Of a DNA stretch of 64,000 nt, positions 8,507-18,106 are shown piece after piece; the first letter of the stretch is position 1, and each line of letters starts with the position of its first letter. This stretch comes from a virus. Made by a program: the position numbers and the translations under genes. The notes beneath the pieces were generated by a model that saw only the letters and a list, made by a program, of their open reading frames with translations, was not told the origin of the DNA and searched no databases. Location of the stretch: IMG/VR virus record IMGVR_UViG_3300028025_000090; one strand, given 5' to 3'.

Positions 8507-10159
8507 ATGACAAGAGAAAAATACTACTGGTTAAACGAGGATTCCATTAAATTCTTGGAACAAGGTTATCTCCGCGAGGGACAATCTCCATTTGAGAGAA
8601 TTCAAGAAATTGCTAATACTGCACAAAAAATACTCGGTATTGACGGGTTCGCTGATAAATTTATTGATTACATGTCTCGTGGCTTTTATAGCCTTTCTAC
8701 CCCTGTATGGATGAATTTTGGTAACGAAAGAGGTAATCCTATTTCTTGTTTCAATTCTCATATTGGTGATAGTGTTGAAGATTTCCTAATTAAACAAGCT
8801 GAAGTGGGAATGATGACTAAAGTTGGCGGTGGAACGTCTGGATATTTTGGAGACATTCGCCCAAGAGGATCTAAAATTTCTACTGGTGGCGTTGCAGAGG
8901 GTTCAATTCGATGCATGGAACTATTTGATAATGTGGCTAAGATCATTAGCCAAGGGAGCGCACGTAGAGGCAGTTTTGCGGCATACTTGCCGATTGACCA
9001 TGGAGACTTCGATGAGTTGATGAAGATTCGCTCTGAGGGGCATTCTATTCAAGAGATGTCTATTGGTGTTACGATTCCAGAAGGATGGATGCAATCCATG
9101 GTTGATGGTGATAAAGAGAAAAGACGCAGATGGGCTTCAGTAATTAAGAAACGTTCTGAGACTGGTTATCCTTATGTGTTCTTCACTGATAATGCCAATA
9201 ATCAAGCTCCACAGGTTTACAAAGATAAAAAATATAAAATCAATGCAAGTAACCTTTGTTCAGAGATTTTTCTACCATCGACTAAAGACGAATCTTTTGT
9301 TTGTTGCCTTTCCTCTTTGAATTTGCTGTGGTGGGATGAAATTGAAAAGACAGATGCTGTTGAAACAATGGTGATGTTTTTGGATGCCGTTATGACGGAA
9401 TTCATCGAAAAAACAAAAGGCAATCGCTTGATGGAAGCTGCTCATAATTTCGCTAAGAATCATCGTGCATTGGGCATGGGTGTTTTGGGTTATCATAGCT
9501 ATCTTCAATCTAAAATGATTGCATGGGAAAGTATGGACGCTCATTTCGAGAATATCGACATCTTCCACAAAATCCGCTTACGTGCTGATGAAGCAACGAA
9601 AGAACTCGCTACGATGTTTGGTGAGCCTGAAGTATTGAAAGGTTATGGTCGTCGTAATACAACGACTATCGCTATTGCTCCTACTACAAGCTCCAGCTTT
9701 ATTCTTGGTCAAGTGAGTCCTAGCATTGAACCTCTTAACAGTAATTACTTCGTCAAGAATCTTGCCAAAGGTCAATTCACTTATCGCAATCCAAAACTCG
9801 AAGAATTATTGAAATCTAAAGGTAAAGATGATAAAGAAATTTGGAAGAGTATTTTGATTCATGGTGGTAGCGTTCAACATCTCGACTTCCTCACAGAACA
9901 TGAAAAGGATGTTTTCAAAACATTTGCAGAACTTTCCCAGAAAGAAGTTGTAACCCATGCTGCTCAAAGACAACCACATATCGATCAAGGGCAATCTCTC
10001 AATTTGATGATTCCTGCTGGCACAAAACCAAAAGAAATTAATGAATTGATGATCTTCGCATGGGAGCAAGGAATCAAATCTTTGTATTACCAACGTTCAT
10101 CAAATCCTTCACAGGAATTATCTAGATCGATTATGACATGTAAATCTTGCGAGGGTTAA
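8507..10159 (+). CDS. nrdA: Ribonucleotide reductase class I alpha subunit (short, no ATP cone)
   Basis: ISCF, NLCSE, CCLSSLN, TIAIAPT, SLYY and C-terminal CKSC. Confidence 0.95.
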   Translation: MTREKYYWLNEDSIKFLEQGYLREGQSPFERIQEIANTAQKILGIDGFADKFIDYMSRGFYSLSTPVWMNFGNERGNPISCFNSHIGDSVEDFLIKQAEVGMMTKVGGGTSGYFGDIRPRGSKISTGGVAEGSIRCMELFDNVAKIISQGSARRGSFAAYLPIDHGDFDELMKIRSEGHSIQEMSIGVTIPEGWMQSMVDGDKEKRRRWASVIKKRSETGYPYVFFTDNANNQAPQVYKDKKYKINASNLCSEIFLPSTKDESFVCCLSSLNLLWWDEIEKTDAVETMVMFLDAVMTEFIEKTKGNRLMEAAHNFAKNHRALGMGVLGYHSYLQSKMIAWESMDAHFENIDIFHKIRLRADEATKELATMFGEPEVLKGYGRRNTTTIAIAPTTSSSFILGQVSPSIEPLNSNYFVKNLAKGQFTYRNPKLEELLKSKGKDDKEIWKSILIHGGSVQHLDFLTEHEKDVFKTFAELSQKEVVTHAAQRQPHIDQGQSLNLMIPAGTKPKEINELMIFAWEQGIKSLYYQRSSNPSQELSRSIMTCKSCEG

Positions 10160-11749
10160 TTAACCCTTGACAGGTGTTTTCTTCTCATGTAATTGCGCAT
10201 AGGACTGAGCAACAGTGTTATGCGCATTTATTTTATTTTTATGAGCATCTTTACGAACGTCTTCGTTTGATTCCATGAGTTTAAGAGGAATATTATTGAA
10301 ATGGTGACTATGTGGATAAGTCACGATCAAATCATGAGTTGCTTTAGCATAGACTGGATAAAATTCTCCAGCGATGTTACATTCACCGATTACCAATTGT
10401 CTGTCTTGATCGATAGCAAATTTACCAAACACTACTGTATTTTCAGTTTGCTGCACTTCTAATGGCGCAGTAACGTGTTGAAGGTATGTTTCACCCTCTA
10501 CTGCCAACCCACCCCCTACAATTAAATTATTTTTAATTCCCATGGAAGATTCGACATACACTTGTCTATTTGTCCGAAGAATGATTGTCTTGAGGGATTG
10601 TATCTCGACATTACTCTCCGATGCAAGATGAACACCATGGGAAGCATTCAAATTAATTTGTTTGAAACCACCTCGTAAAACAGTTCCTCCCATTTCAAAA
10701 GAACCAGTGGTTTTCATAGAAATACCACCAGAACCCACGATTCTATTGAAAGAATTTCCGACAATTACGTGATCCTTACCACAAGGAAAATTAGAAGAAT
10801 TATCAACTTCTTCGACTAGAGGAACATAATCATGATTTTTATAAATCCCTTTATCGGATACTAACATTTCAAATGGTTGACTTCTACCCTTTTCATCAAT
10901 ACGAACTGATGGGAAATCATTGAAGACTGCTCCAATTGTTTCAAATTTATTTCTTTTGGTGATAAGATGTTCATCCCCACCATCACCCATTTTTTCTTCA
11001 ATCTTGGTTAATTGTTCCTGAGCATCTAAAAATTGTTTATCGATGTCCAATGCATCTTGATCTTTATCCCATTCGCCATTTTCCGTTGCAGCAGATTTGG
11101 AAGCACCAAATTCTAAAACACCTGGAGCTTGAGATCCAGCACCACCAGCACTCTTTTCGATATTTTCAAGAGTAATTGATTCTTCTTTTGCTGATTTTCC
11201 ACTTCGCTCAGTAACAGGAACATACGTAGCCACTTCATCAAATTTTGATGTTCTATAAGGTGTTTTGGTATATCCTTTGAATTTATTCTCTACTACAAAT
11301 ACCTTGGAACCGATGACAGGGTTATCATCGCGACTTCCCGATGGAGAATTGGACACACCATTAGGCAATGATAAACCACCTCTTTTTATTTTAAATTTTG
11401 AATTGTTATCAGCAATAGGTTTAACCAAATCTTTCCACTCTTGGAATGCTTGAATTTCTGATTCATCTATAAATCCTTTGTAATTATAAACCGTGCCACC
11501 AACTCTTTCATTTTTTCCACCTACTACGAATTCACTGGAATCTCCTTTTATGGTATCAAATTTATCATTCAATACTAAAGTTTGTTTATTATTTGTCGCA
11601 AATTCAGAATTCGATACATTGTTCAGCAGAATATTACTACCCGATCTTTGAGAAATATGTAGAGATTCATTATCAGTTGTATTGTTGATAACAATCGCTC
11701 CACCTCTTTGGTTTAATACTGTGCGGTTTCTATATTTCTTTTTAGACAT
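10160..11749 (-). CDS. Baseplate hub/spike gp5-like C-terminal beta-helix protein
   Basis: GGAIVINNT...HISQRSGSNI, short beta repeats, terminal HSHH; directly follows the gp5 OB-fold gene. Confidence 0.65.
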   Translation of the reverse strand: MSKKKYRNRTVLNQRGGAIVINNTTDNESLHISQRSGSNILLNNVSNSEFATNNKQTLVLNDKFDTIKGDSSEFVVGGKNERVGGTVYNYKGFIDESEIQAFQEWKDLVKPIADNNSKFKIKRGGLSLPNGVSNSPSGSRDDNPVIGSKVFVVENKFKGYTKTPYRTSKFDEVATYVPVTERSGKSAKEESITLENIEKSAGGAGSQAPGVLEFGASKSAATENGEWDKDQDALDIDKQFLDAQEQLTKIEEKMGDGGDEHLITKRNKFETIGAVFNDFPSVRIDEKGRSQPFEMLVSDKGIYKNHDYVPLVEEVDNSSNFPCGKDHVIVGNSFNRIVGSGGISMKTTGSFEMGGTVLRGGFKQINLNASHGVHLASESNVEIQSLKTIILRTNRQVYVESSMGIKNNLIVGGGLAVEGETYLQHVTAPLEVQQTENTVVFGKFAIDQDRQLVIGECNIAGEFYPVYAKATHDLIVTYPHSHHFNNIPLKLMESNEDVRKDAHKNKINAHNTVAQSYAQLHEKKTPVKG

Positions 11750-11751
11750 AA

Positions 11752-12477
11752 TTAATTTTCAAAATCGGAAGGGTAGTAAGGGGAGATGTTGGATTCGTTA
11801 TCGGTTCTATTGATAAGTGTAAGGCTTCTATAATCTTGAATAACTCCGAAATAAACGGGGAAATTCAAATCACCCATATAATGGAAAACCCATACTTTAG
11901 AACCAACTTCAGGAACGCCCATTAGTCCTTTTGTTTTATTACTAAATTTTTGTGATTTGTAACCAAATGAATATGTATTACACTTCACAGAAAATACATC
12001 AATTGGTTTGTTGAAAGCGTCTCCCATGATAGTATCTTTGTTTTCATAGATAAATGCTGGTGAGAATGATCCTGTTTGTAATGTTGGGGGTTCTTCATCA
12101 TTCACTTGAAATCCTTCTTCATAATTACAATCAGAAATAGTTGAAATACTATCTTCGTCGTTTTGGTAATATCGAGCATTTCCCGATTCACCGATTATTG
12201 GATAACATGGTTCTGCCCATGGGATAGTATTGGCTATTTCTTTGAATATTGCAATGTCATTCCAATTATCAGTTGGATTATTGACACCTGCAATTTTAAC
12301 ATTGATCTCATCGTATTCTTCAAACCAATTATCAAAAGGTTGGTTGGATAATTCGGGAATATAAATTTTTACTCTATTCAATTTCAAAGGGTCATCGTTC
12401 TTTACGACAATACCACTATAAAATGATTCATCAGTTCTTTTAGATTCTACACCAGAACCACTACCCCTATTAAACAT
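11752..12477 (-). CDS. gp5/VgrG-like N-terminal OB-fold protein
   Basis: GIVVKNDDPLKLNRVKIYIP, IPWAEP and VPEVGSKVWVF...FPVYFG. Confidence 0.8.
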   Translation of the reverse strand: MFNRGSGSGVESKRTDESFYSGIVVKNDDPLKLNRVKIYIPELSNQPFDNWFEEYDEINVKIAGVNNPTDNWNDIAIFKEIANTIPWAEPCYPIIGESGNARYYQNDEDSISTISDCNYEEGFQVNDEEPPTLQTGSFSPAFIYENKDTIMGDAFNKPIDVFSVKCNTYSFGYKSQKFSNKTKGLMGVPEVGSKVWVFHYMGDLNFPVYFGVIQDYRSLTLINRTDNESNISPYYPSDFEN

Positions 12478-12493
12478 ATTATTATTTAAGAGA

Positions 12494-12520
12494 AAAGCAC
12501 ACGAATCAACCGTGTGCTTT
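12494..12520 (-). terminator. Intrinsic terminator
   Basis: 10-bp stem AAAGCACACG/CGTGTGCTTT. Confidence 0.75.
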
Positions 12521-12552
12521 CATATATAAATAAAGAATAAGAGTGCTTATTA

Positions 12553-13005
12553 TTAATATCCTAACAATCTCTTTCTACGAGTATCAGGAGTAGATACAGA
12601 GAATGTTTCAGAGAATGATGCTGTTGGAACATTTGTAACGGTACTCAAGAACGTGAACACAGAATATGAATTATCAGTATTCACGATAGCCATTTGAGTA
12701 TTGTGAAGCGATGCTGGAATATTAAATCTCGAACCGAGAACATTCACTGTGACATTTGGATAAGCAGCAAGTGAGAATGCAGATGCAGTGTTAATGGTAG
12801 AACCTACTGAAAATTCAACAGGATCGAATGCAATACCCACATCAGTAGTGGACAGAGAAACCACACCTAATTGTCTAGTGGCGACGACCACATTAGCACC
12901 AGAGAGGAATGTAACACCTGTTGCAGAGAGTATTGTGTTGGTAAGATTAGGATTACCAGTTTTTGCAGCGGACAGAAGGTTTTGTTGGAACGTAAAAATG
13001 CTCAT
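12553..13005 (-). CDS. Probable small virion protein
   Basis: Ser/Thr/Val-rich beta composition. TAAATA 5 nt before ATG 13005. C-terminus TPDTRRKRLLGY. Confidence 0.55.
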   Translation of the reverse strand: MSIFTFQQNLLSAAKTGNPNLTNTILSATGVTFLSGANVVVATRQLGVVSLSTTDVGIAFDPVEFSVGSTINTASAFSLAAYPNVTVNVLGSRFNIPASLHNTQMAIVNTDNSYSVFTFLSTVTNVPTASFSETFSVSTPDTRRKRLLGY

Positions 13006-13033
13006 GTTATTATTTAGCAAAATTGATCAAATT

Positions 13034-13558
13034 TTAGAAATTACGTTGAAGATGGATTTCCGTTTCATCACCATTTTTCTGTTCATCAGATATTTCAAAA
13101 TTTTCAATTCGGGGAACTAGATATTTTTTATAAAGAGATGTTCGGTTATTACCTTTAGATGAAAAGGTTAAATTTTGAACTTCATAATTATCTCCATCAT
13201 ATTCCACGAAATAATTTGTAATTTCAATTACTGTAGCGAATACGCGAAATGCATTACCTGTTCCCGTTTTTTCAATATTTGTCTCGTAGCCACCATCTCC
13301 TTTATCTTTTTCAACAACCCCGAATGCAATTTCCCAGTATTTGTCATTGTATCTGTTTTGCTTTGCATACCAAATGTATGGAACACCTTCATCTGTTTTG
13401 AAATGTATTATTTGAGTTGGTGTAAGAACATCTTTGGGATATTCATCTCCACTATCATCCCAATCATCTACGACTTCTTCGGTTTTGAACGTATTCTTCC
13501 AAGGGTATGGATTATCAAGACTTTCGTGGATTTGGAAAAATTGATTGAATAATTGCAT
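13034..13558 (-). CDS. Hypothetical protein, candidate internal head protein
   Basis: Starts MQLFNQFFQIHES; late box 6 nt upstream. Confidence 0.6.
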   Translation of the reverse strand: MQLFNQFFQIHESLDNPYPWKNTFKTEEVVDDWDDSGDEYPKDVLTPTQIIHFKTDEGVPYIWYAKQNRYNDKYWEIAFGVVEKDKGDGGYETNIEKTGTGNAFRVFATVIEITNYFVEYDGDNYEVQNLTFSSKGNNRTSLYKKYLVPRIENFEISDEQKNGDETEIHLQRNF

Positions 13559-13583
13559 TGATATTATTTAACGTATAAACGAG

Positions 13584-13615
13584 GAAACCCGATGCTCTTC
13601 GGTGCATCGGGTTTC
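13584..13615 (-). terminator. Terminator after the major capsid gene
   Basis: 12-bp stem GAAACCCGATGC/GCATCGGGTTTC. Confidence 0.85.
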
Positions 13616-13650
13616 ATAAATTTGATTAGCGTGTCTGCTAAGAGTTAGAC

Positions 13651-15120
13651 TTACAGGTAAGTGCTAACAGAACCAGGAGTAAACGCAGTACCAAGACCTT
13701 TGACAATGATCAGGTGATAATAAAGATTAGCACCGAAGATATTGTTTACGATACCATAACGGGTCATGAGTCCAACGCGAGGAGCGAAATCATTCGGTCC
13801 AATTGTGCGTTGCACCATAATCGGGATGTATGGGCAGTAAATAATACCTGTGTCATAGTATTCAGAACCTTTGTAACCCAACAGAGCATACTCAACACCG
13901 CCACCACCGTTAGGAGGATTGGTGTAGTAGTTATTATCTCTATAGAGTGAAGTGTTCTGAACTTCAGTCCGAGTATCACGATAAACCGTCCAGCGGCTAC
14001 CAACCGTACCAACTTTAGCAATACCTACACCAGCCGTGGAAACAGTTCCATTAACTTCAAAAACTTTGAAGTCAGGAAGCATTTCGAGGATGCTGCAAAC
14101 ACGAGGAGTTGCGATAACAAAGTTAGCAGCACCTCTACGGTTACGAGCAGCCATACGACCACTTTCGATAAGCAAACGTTGATAGAAGGTAAGGTTTCTT
14201 TCAGCAGTCCAACGACCATCCGCACTAACAGGACTCCAGATGGAGAAACCTGCGCCAGCACCAGCATTGAAAGCAGTTTGGATCATACGCATCACAACTT
14301 CACGGTCGATCTCAGCTTGGATCTCATACGACATTGCATTCGTAAGTTCTCCATCGATATCGATACCGTTCATGTTTTTGATGTCTTGTTCCAACTCTAC
14401 ACTCCAACGAGTTGCAAGTCTACGTGTTCCAGCTTCAACAGCAGTTTTGTCAAACTTGAGTTCGATTTGAGGGATTTTACCCGTCAATTCGTAGTTGCTC
14501 AAGAGTTCAGCAATACCACGGTCTTGATCTGCGAATGTCCATTCGGCATGACCCGAAAGGAAACCAGCAGATGTGCCAGTGAAACGTGTGTCCAGAAGTT
14601 GATAACCAAGTTCGTCGTTCGGAAGACCAGTGCTACCTTCGTAGGCACTAGAACCGTTTGAACGGTAGTTAGTTCCGTTCGATCCTGCACTCTTACCGTC
14701 GATATCCATATTGCTAAGGGTATCGCCTTGATAAGCGTAACGAAGAGCGAAAGCAAGACCAACAGGACCGCCCATAGGCTGAACGCCTACGATCTCATTG
14801 GAAATCAATTCAGGGAAAGTGCGTCGAATCATAGGAATCAGAATCTTTGGAAGACGAGCATCACCAGTAGCATAGGAGTCGCTGTTAGCGATACCATTGC
14901 CAATGTTAGTCGTTGCACCAAACACACCACCGCTAGCGGCAGTATTGGATTCTTGAAAGCACCACTGTTCTTGGTTCTCAAGCAGCATAGCGGTAGTCTT
15001 GTAAACGTGTTCGTTCTGGATAGCAGGAATCGAGTTCGAGCTATAGTCCAGCACTTTACGCCATTTAGCGACTGCGCGTTGCATTTTTGAGCCATTTAAA
15101 TCAGTTTGTGGGATATTCAT
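13651..15120 (-). CDS. gp23: Major capsid protein (T4 gp23-like)
   Basis: LIPMIRRTFPELISNEIVGVQPMGGPVGLAFALR; YCPYIP...F.PRVGLMTRYG. Confidence 0.97.
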   Translation of the reverse strand: MNIPQTDLNGSKMQRAVAKWRKVLDYSSNSIPAIQNEHVYKTTAMLLENQEQWCFQESNTAASGGVFGATTNIGNGIANSDSYATGDARLPKILIPMIRRTFPELISNEIVGVQPMGGPVGLAFALRYAYQGDTLSNMDIDGKSAGSNGTNYRSNGSSAYEGSTGLPNDELGYQLLDTRFTGTSAGFLSGHAEWTFADQDRGIAELLSNYELTGKIPQIELKFDKTAVEAGTRRLATRWSVELEQDIKNMNGIDIDGELTNAMSYEIQAEIDREVVMRMIQTAFNAGAGAGFSIWSPVSADGRWTAERNLTFYQRLLIESGRMAARNRRGAANFVIATPRVCSILEMLPDFKVFEVNGTVSTAGVGIAKVGTVGSRWTVYRDTRTEVQNTSLYRDNNYYTNPPNGGGGVEYALLGYKGSEYYDTGIIYCPYIPIMVQRTIGPNDFAPRVGLMTRYGIVNNIFGANLYYHLIIVKGLGTAFTPGSVSTYL

Positions 15121-15182
15121 ATATATTTGACTTTCTATTCACATTTGTTCAGGAATTAATTCCTCATAGTGCGGGGTGGAAA

Positions 15183-16067
15183 TTATCTTCTGAATTCCAT
15201 CGTTTGAAGGATACTCAGATAAGGATCATTCTCCTCTACATCATTACTTACCTTTTCCGTGATAATTTTTTGATTTTTCACGAAATCTGGCTTATGTTTA
15301 CGGTTTTGGAGAGCTTCTTCCTTGATTACTTCAAGTTGTTTCTTCTCTTGTTTTTCAAAAAGACGCACTGTGTAATCGAAATTTTCTTTGATAAAGGTAA
15401 GAGACTTGTCACCAAGAGCTTTCTTAATGAAGTTCTTTTTAGATTCAGGATACTTGGAAGTCTTACCTTCGAGGAAGAGTTTAACTTGTGTGTTATTTTT
15501 CTCTTCAGTGATAACTTTGAGATTGCTCTTCAAAGAAGCGTTCTCATTACGAAGTTTGTCCAATTCAGTTTTACCTTGAAGAATTGCATCGGAAACGGAT
15601 TCTTTCATGACAGCAGAATCAATTGCAAACACTTTGCGAAGATTCTCCAACACATTCATAGCGGTTTTATTCTTAACTGCTTGCTCAATATCTTTAGCAG
15701 GAATGGATTCATTCAAAAATTCTTCCAAATATGCACTAACAGACTCAGTGAGTTGTTTTTTGAATCTAATCAAATCACCTTGTTGTTCTCTTTCGTATTT
15801 CTTAACAACTTTAACCAATTTGGTGGTCTTATCTCTGTCAAAAGCTTCCATCAATTTTTTCATTTTGATGGTGCGATCTTTATCAAGCGATTCCATGACC
15901 GATCCCAATTTAGCAGCATACACTTCATCCTGTTCAACCAATGCAGCTTCAACTGCAAGATCTACTTTAGCTTCCAATGCTTTTTGGATAGCACTAACGG
16001 ATTCGTCGGAAAGACCGAGACTTTTTTGAACGTCTTCAGAGAAAAGATTCTGTTTGTTTTTCTTCAT
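15183..16067 (-). CDS. gp22: Prohead core scaffold protein (gp22-like)
   Basis: Acidic coiled coil, LTESVSAYLEE, located between gp21 and gp23. Confidence 0.85.
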   Translation of the reverse strand: MKKNKQNLFSEDVQKSLGLSDESVSAIQKALEAKVDLAVEAALVEQDEVYAAKLGSVMESLDKDRTIKMKKLMEAFDRDKTTKLVKVVKKYEREQQGDLIRFKKQLTESVSAYLEEFLNESIPAKDIEQAVKNKTAMNVLENLRKVFAIDSAVMKESVSDAILQGKTELDKLRNENASLKSNLKVITEEKNNTQVKLFLEGKTSKYPESKKNFIKKALGDKSLTFIKENFDYTVRLFEKQEKKQLEVIKEEALQNRKHKPDFVKNQKIITEKVSNDVEENDPYLSILQTMEFRR

Positions 16068-16104
16068 AATATTATTTAGAGATTTGATATAACTTTTTTA
16101 TGTT

Positions 16105-16557
16105 TTAGAACAAAGGTTTTTCAATTTCTTGAGAAATTTTCTCTTGAATCTTGTTATTGATGGTATCTTTCAGATATTTATGAGCGTTTGCATGATCATC
16201 AGTCATGATAGCTTCGATAAATTTGATGATAGATGCGGACTCGTTGAGTCCTTCGGGTTTTTTACGATCATAAGAACCTTTACCTTTTTTGGGTTTCTCA
16301 ACTTTAGTTGCTGGTGCAAATCGTTTACGGTCTTCCACTTTAGGTCCTTCGAAAACAGTTTTGCCACCTCCCTGTTTCATTTTTTTAGTCACAGATTGTT
16401 CATCTTCTTCTTTTTCAGTCTTGAGGAATTTTTTAATTTCTTTTTTTGGCATTTCTTTGGCTACTTTTTTAGCTTCACCTGATACACCTTTTTGTCCTTT
16501 TTTGGCTCCCATTACAGCACCAAAAAATTTTTTTTGTTTTTCCGTTTTAGATGGCAT
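16105..16557 (-). CDS. Prohead-core-associated protein: DUF3008-like N-terminus, ArfA-like motif, C-terminal core helix
   Basis: MPSKTEKQKKFFGAVMGAKKG; VEKPKKGKGSYDRK; LNES; IIKFIEAIMTDDHANAHKYLKDTINNKI. Lies between gp21 and gp22. Confidence 0.65.
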   Translation of the reverse strand: MPSKTEKQKKFFGAVMGAKKGQKGVSGEAKKVAKEMPKKEIKKFLKTEKEEDEQSVTKKMKQGGGKTVFEGPKVEDRKRFAPATKVEKPKKGKGSYDRKKPEGLNESASIIKFIEAIMTDDHANAHKYLKDTINNKIQEKISQEIEKPLF

Positions 16558-16565
16558 ATTATTAT

Positions 16566-17231
16566 TTAGATACTATTGATAAATTTTATGATTTGTTGAC
16601 GGAGATACGACTCGATATCATGTTTCGGGAGAGTTTTAATGGTCTTTTCAAAATTTTCATATACTTCTTCAAAAGAACCGTCTTGTTCAACAACGTATGT
16701 TTTACTTTCCAAAATACCATTAACGAATGCTTTTGGATAAGATGGATCTGCAACAGCATCAATAGCTACCAAGTGCATATTTTGAACTAGATTGTAATCA
16801 TTATTTTCCATCAATTGTCCCAATGCACGAGTGGACATACCGACTTTAACGCCATCATTGATAAGCGCACGGAGGATCTGACCAGTAGGTGTTGACAAGA
16901 CTTTCGCTTTACCAACAAAATAATCATTAACTTCAGTCAATTCTGTTACCAAATGGCAAGCTCTCTCCAGATTAACATCAGCACTAGTAGGGTGATTCAA
17001 CTCACCCATCGCTCTACCTGGAAGAACCATCTCATTGATATATCTTTGAACTTCAGTTCTCGTATCATCAAGTTTATACATTCTTTTATTTTTATTCACG
17101 CTATTGCAACCGATGAACGGTCCTTTAACATAAAGATTGGATGTACTGTTTCGATTGGATTGTTCTTCGATAACTTCAAAGTTATCAAACACATCAGGAT
17201 TCTCAGCAATTAATTTAAGTTTCAACGCCAT
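16566..17231 (-). CDS. gp21: Prohead core protease (gp21-like)
   Basis: NKNKRMY, GELNHP, ACH, VGMSTRALG, IDAVADPS. Confidence 0.95.
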   Translation of the reverse strand: MALKLKLIAENPDVFDNFEVIEEQSNRNSTSNLYVKGPFIGCNSVNKNKRMYKLDDTRTEVQRYINEMVLPGRAMGELNHPTSADVNLERACHLVTELTEVNDYFVGKAKVLSTPTGQILRALINDGVKVGMSTRALGQLMENNDYNLVQNMHLVAIDAVADPSYPKAFVNGILESKTYVVEQDGSFEEVYENFEKTIKTLPKHDIESYLRQQIIKFINSI

Positions 17232-17264
17232 GATATTATTTATGTTTAGTGATTGTAAATTCTA

Positions 17265-17726
17265 TTAATTTAATTCTTTTTCTGTAATAATAATAAAATC
17301 CATGCCATGCTTCTTCGCGAATTCTTTGGCAAATGCCCATTTATCACAATTATTCTTCCATGCTACTTGTTCATAAAGCAGATTGGATTTCTTTTTATTT
17401 TTAGTAGCTTTTGGTTCTTGGGTCTGTTTCCAAGGTTTAACCTCTATGAGATATTTTTTAATTTTATCGCCTTCTTTTATTTTTACATAAGCATCAATAA
17501 AATACTTACGATTTTTCCTTTGAACACTATCGAAATAAGGAATAGTAATTTCTTCGCTATTCCATTCCAAAACATTCACATTATTATCTGCCCATCGAAA
17601 CAATTTCAATTCTAAACCAGATCGAAAAATTATATTATCTAATTTACCAATATACTTTTGAGGATTTTTAGGGGCAAAAAATCCTTGTTTAAATCTCGAA
17701 TCTTTTTTTAAAGGTAGATTACCCAT
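17265..17726 (-). CDS. gp4: Head completion protein (gp4-like, TnsA-type nuclease fold)
   Basis: QGFFAPKNPQKY.G, FRSGLE, WNSEEITIPY, LIEVKP, KW..A..FA. Confidence 0.9.
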   Translation of the reverse strand: MGNLPLKKDSRFKQGFFAPKNPQKYIGKLDNIIFRSGLELKLFRWADNNVNVLEWNSEEITIPYFDSVQRKNRKYFIDAYVKIKEGDKIKKYLIEVKPWKQTQEPKATKNKKKSNLLYEQVAWKNNCDKWAFAKEFAKKHGMDFIIITEKELN

Positions 17727-18076
17727 TATACCATATGATCAGGCTCCACAATCTGAGGCAACAAAGCAATAAGCTCTTCCTGTGTCAATTCTTGAACATC
17801 AGGAAATAATCCTTGTCCGATTGCCTCAAGTAGTCTTAATGACCATAGAGCGGTATATGCCTTTCTTCCGTCAGCGAGATCAGTAAGAGAAGCTGTTTCA
17901 GGAAATCTCAAAGCTCTTAATCTTGTATGCTCAGAGTCATCCCAACCACATGCTATAGTCGTTACTGTTAAAAGTCCATCTGTTGCTTGTTCACCATACT
18001 GCTCATTGAGTGTTGGTAATTGTGCTACTAGTGCTTCCTGAAAAGCGAATGTTTTGAATTCTGTTGAGTATTTCAT
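17726..18076 (-). CDS. Hypothetical protein, possibly fibre assembly chaperone
   Basis: Follows the adhesin array; no recognised motif. Confidence 0.45.
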   Translation of the reverse strand: MKYSTEFKTFAFQEALVAQLPTLNEQYGEQATDGLLTVTTIACGWDDSEHTRLRALRFPETASLTDLADGRKAYTALWSLRLLEAIGQGLFPDVQELTQEELIALLPQIVEPDHMV

Positions 18077-18106
18077 AATGTTATTTTAGCTTATTAATTG
18101 GATATG

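Noticed and set aside
11749-11754. Stop read-through joining the two gp5 parts
   Set aside because: The ORFs are in different frames (2-nt gap), and no slippery site is evident.
13714-15095. Many short overlapping ORFs within gp23 (and similar ones in nrdA, NAMPT, gp46, portal)
   Set aside because: Alternative-frame or antisense shadows of conserved genes with strong codon bias; no motifs.
15087-16079. 330-aa plus-strand ORF antisense to gp22
   Set aside because: Fully shadows a core gene, has Phe/Leu-rich composition typical of the reverse complement of Lys/Glu codons, and has no promoter box.
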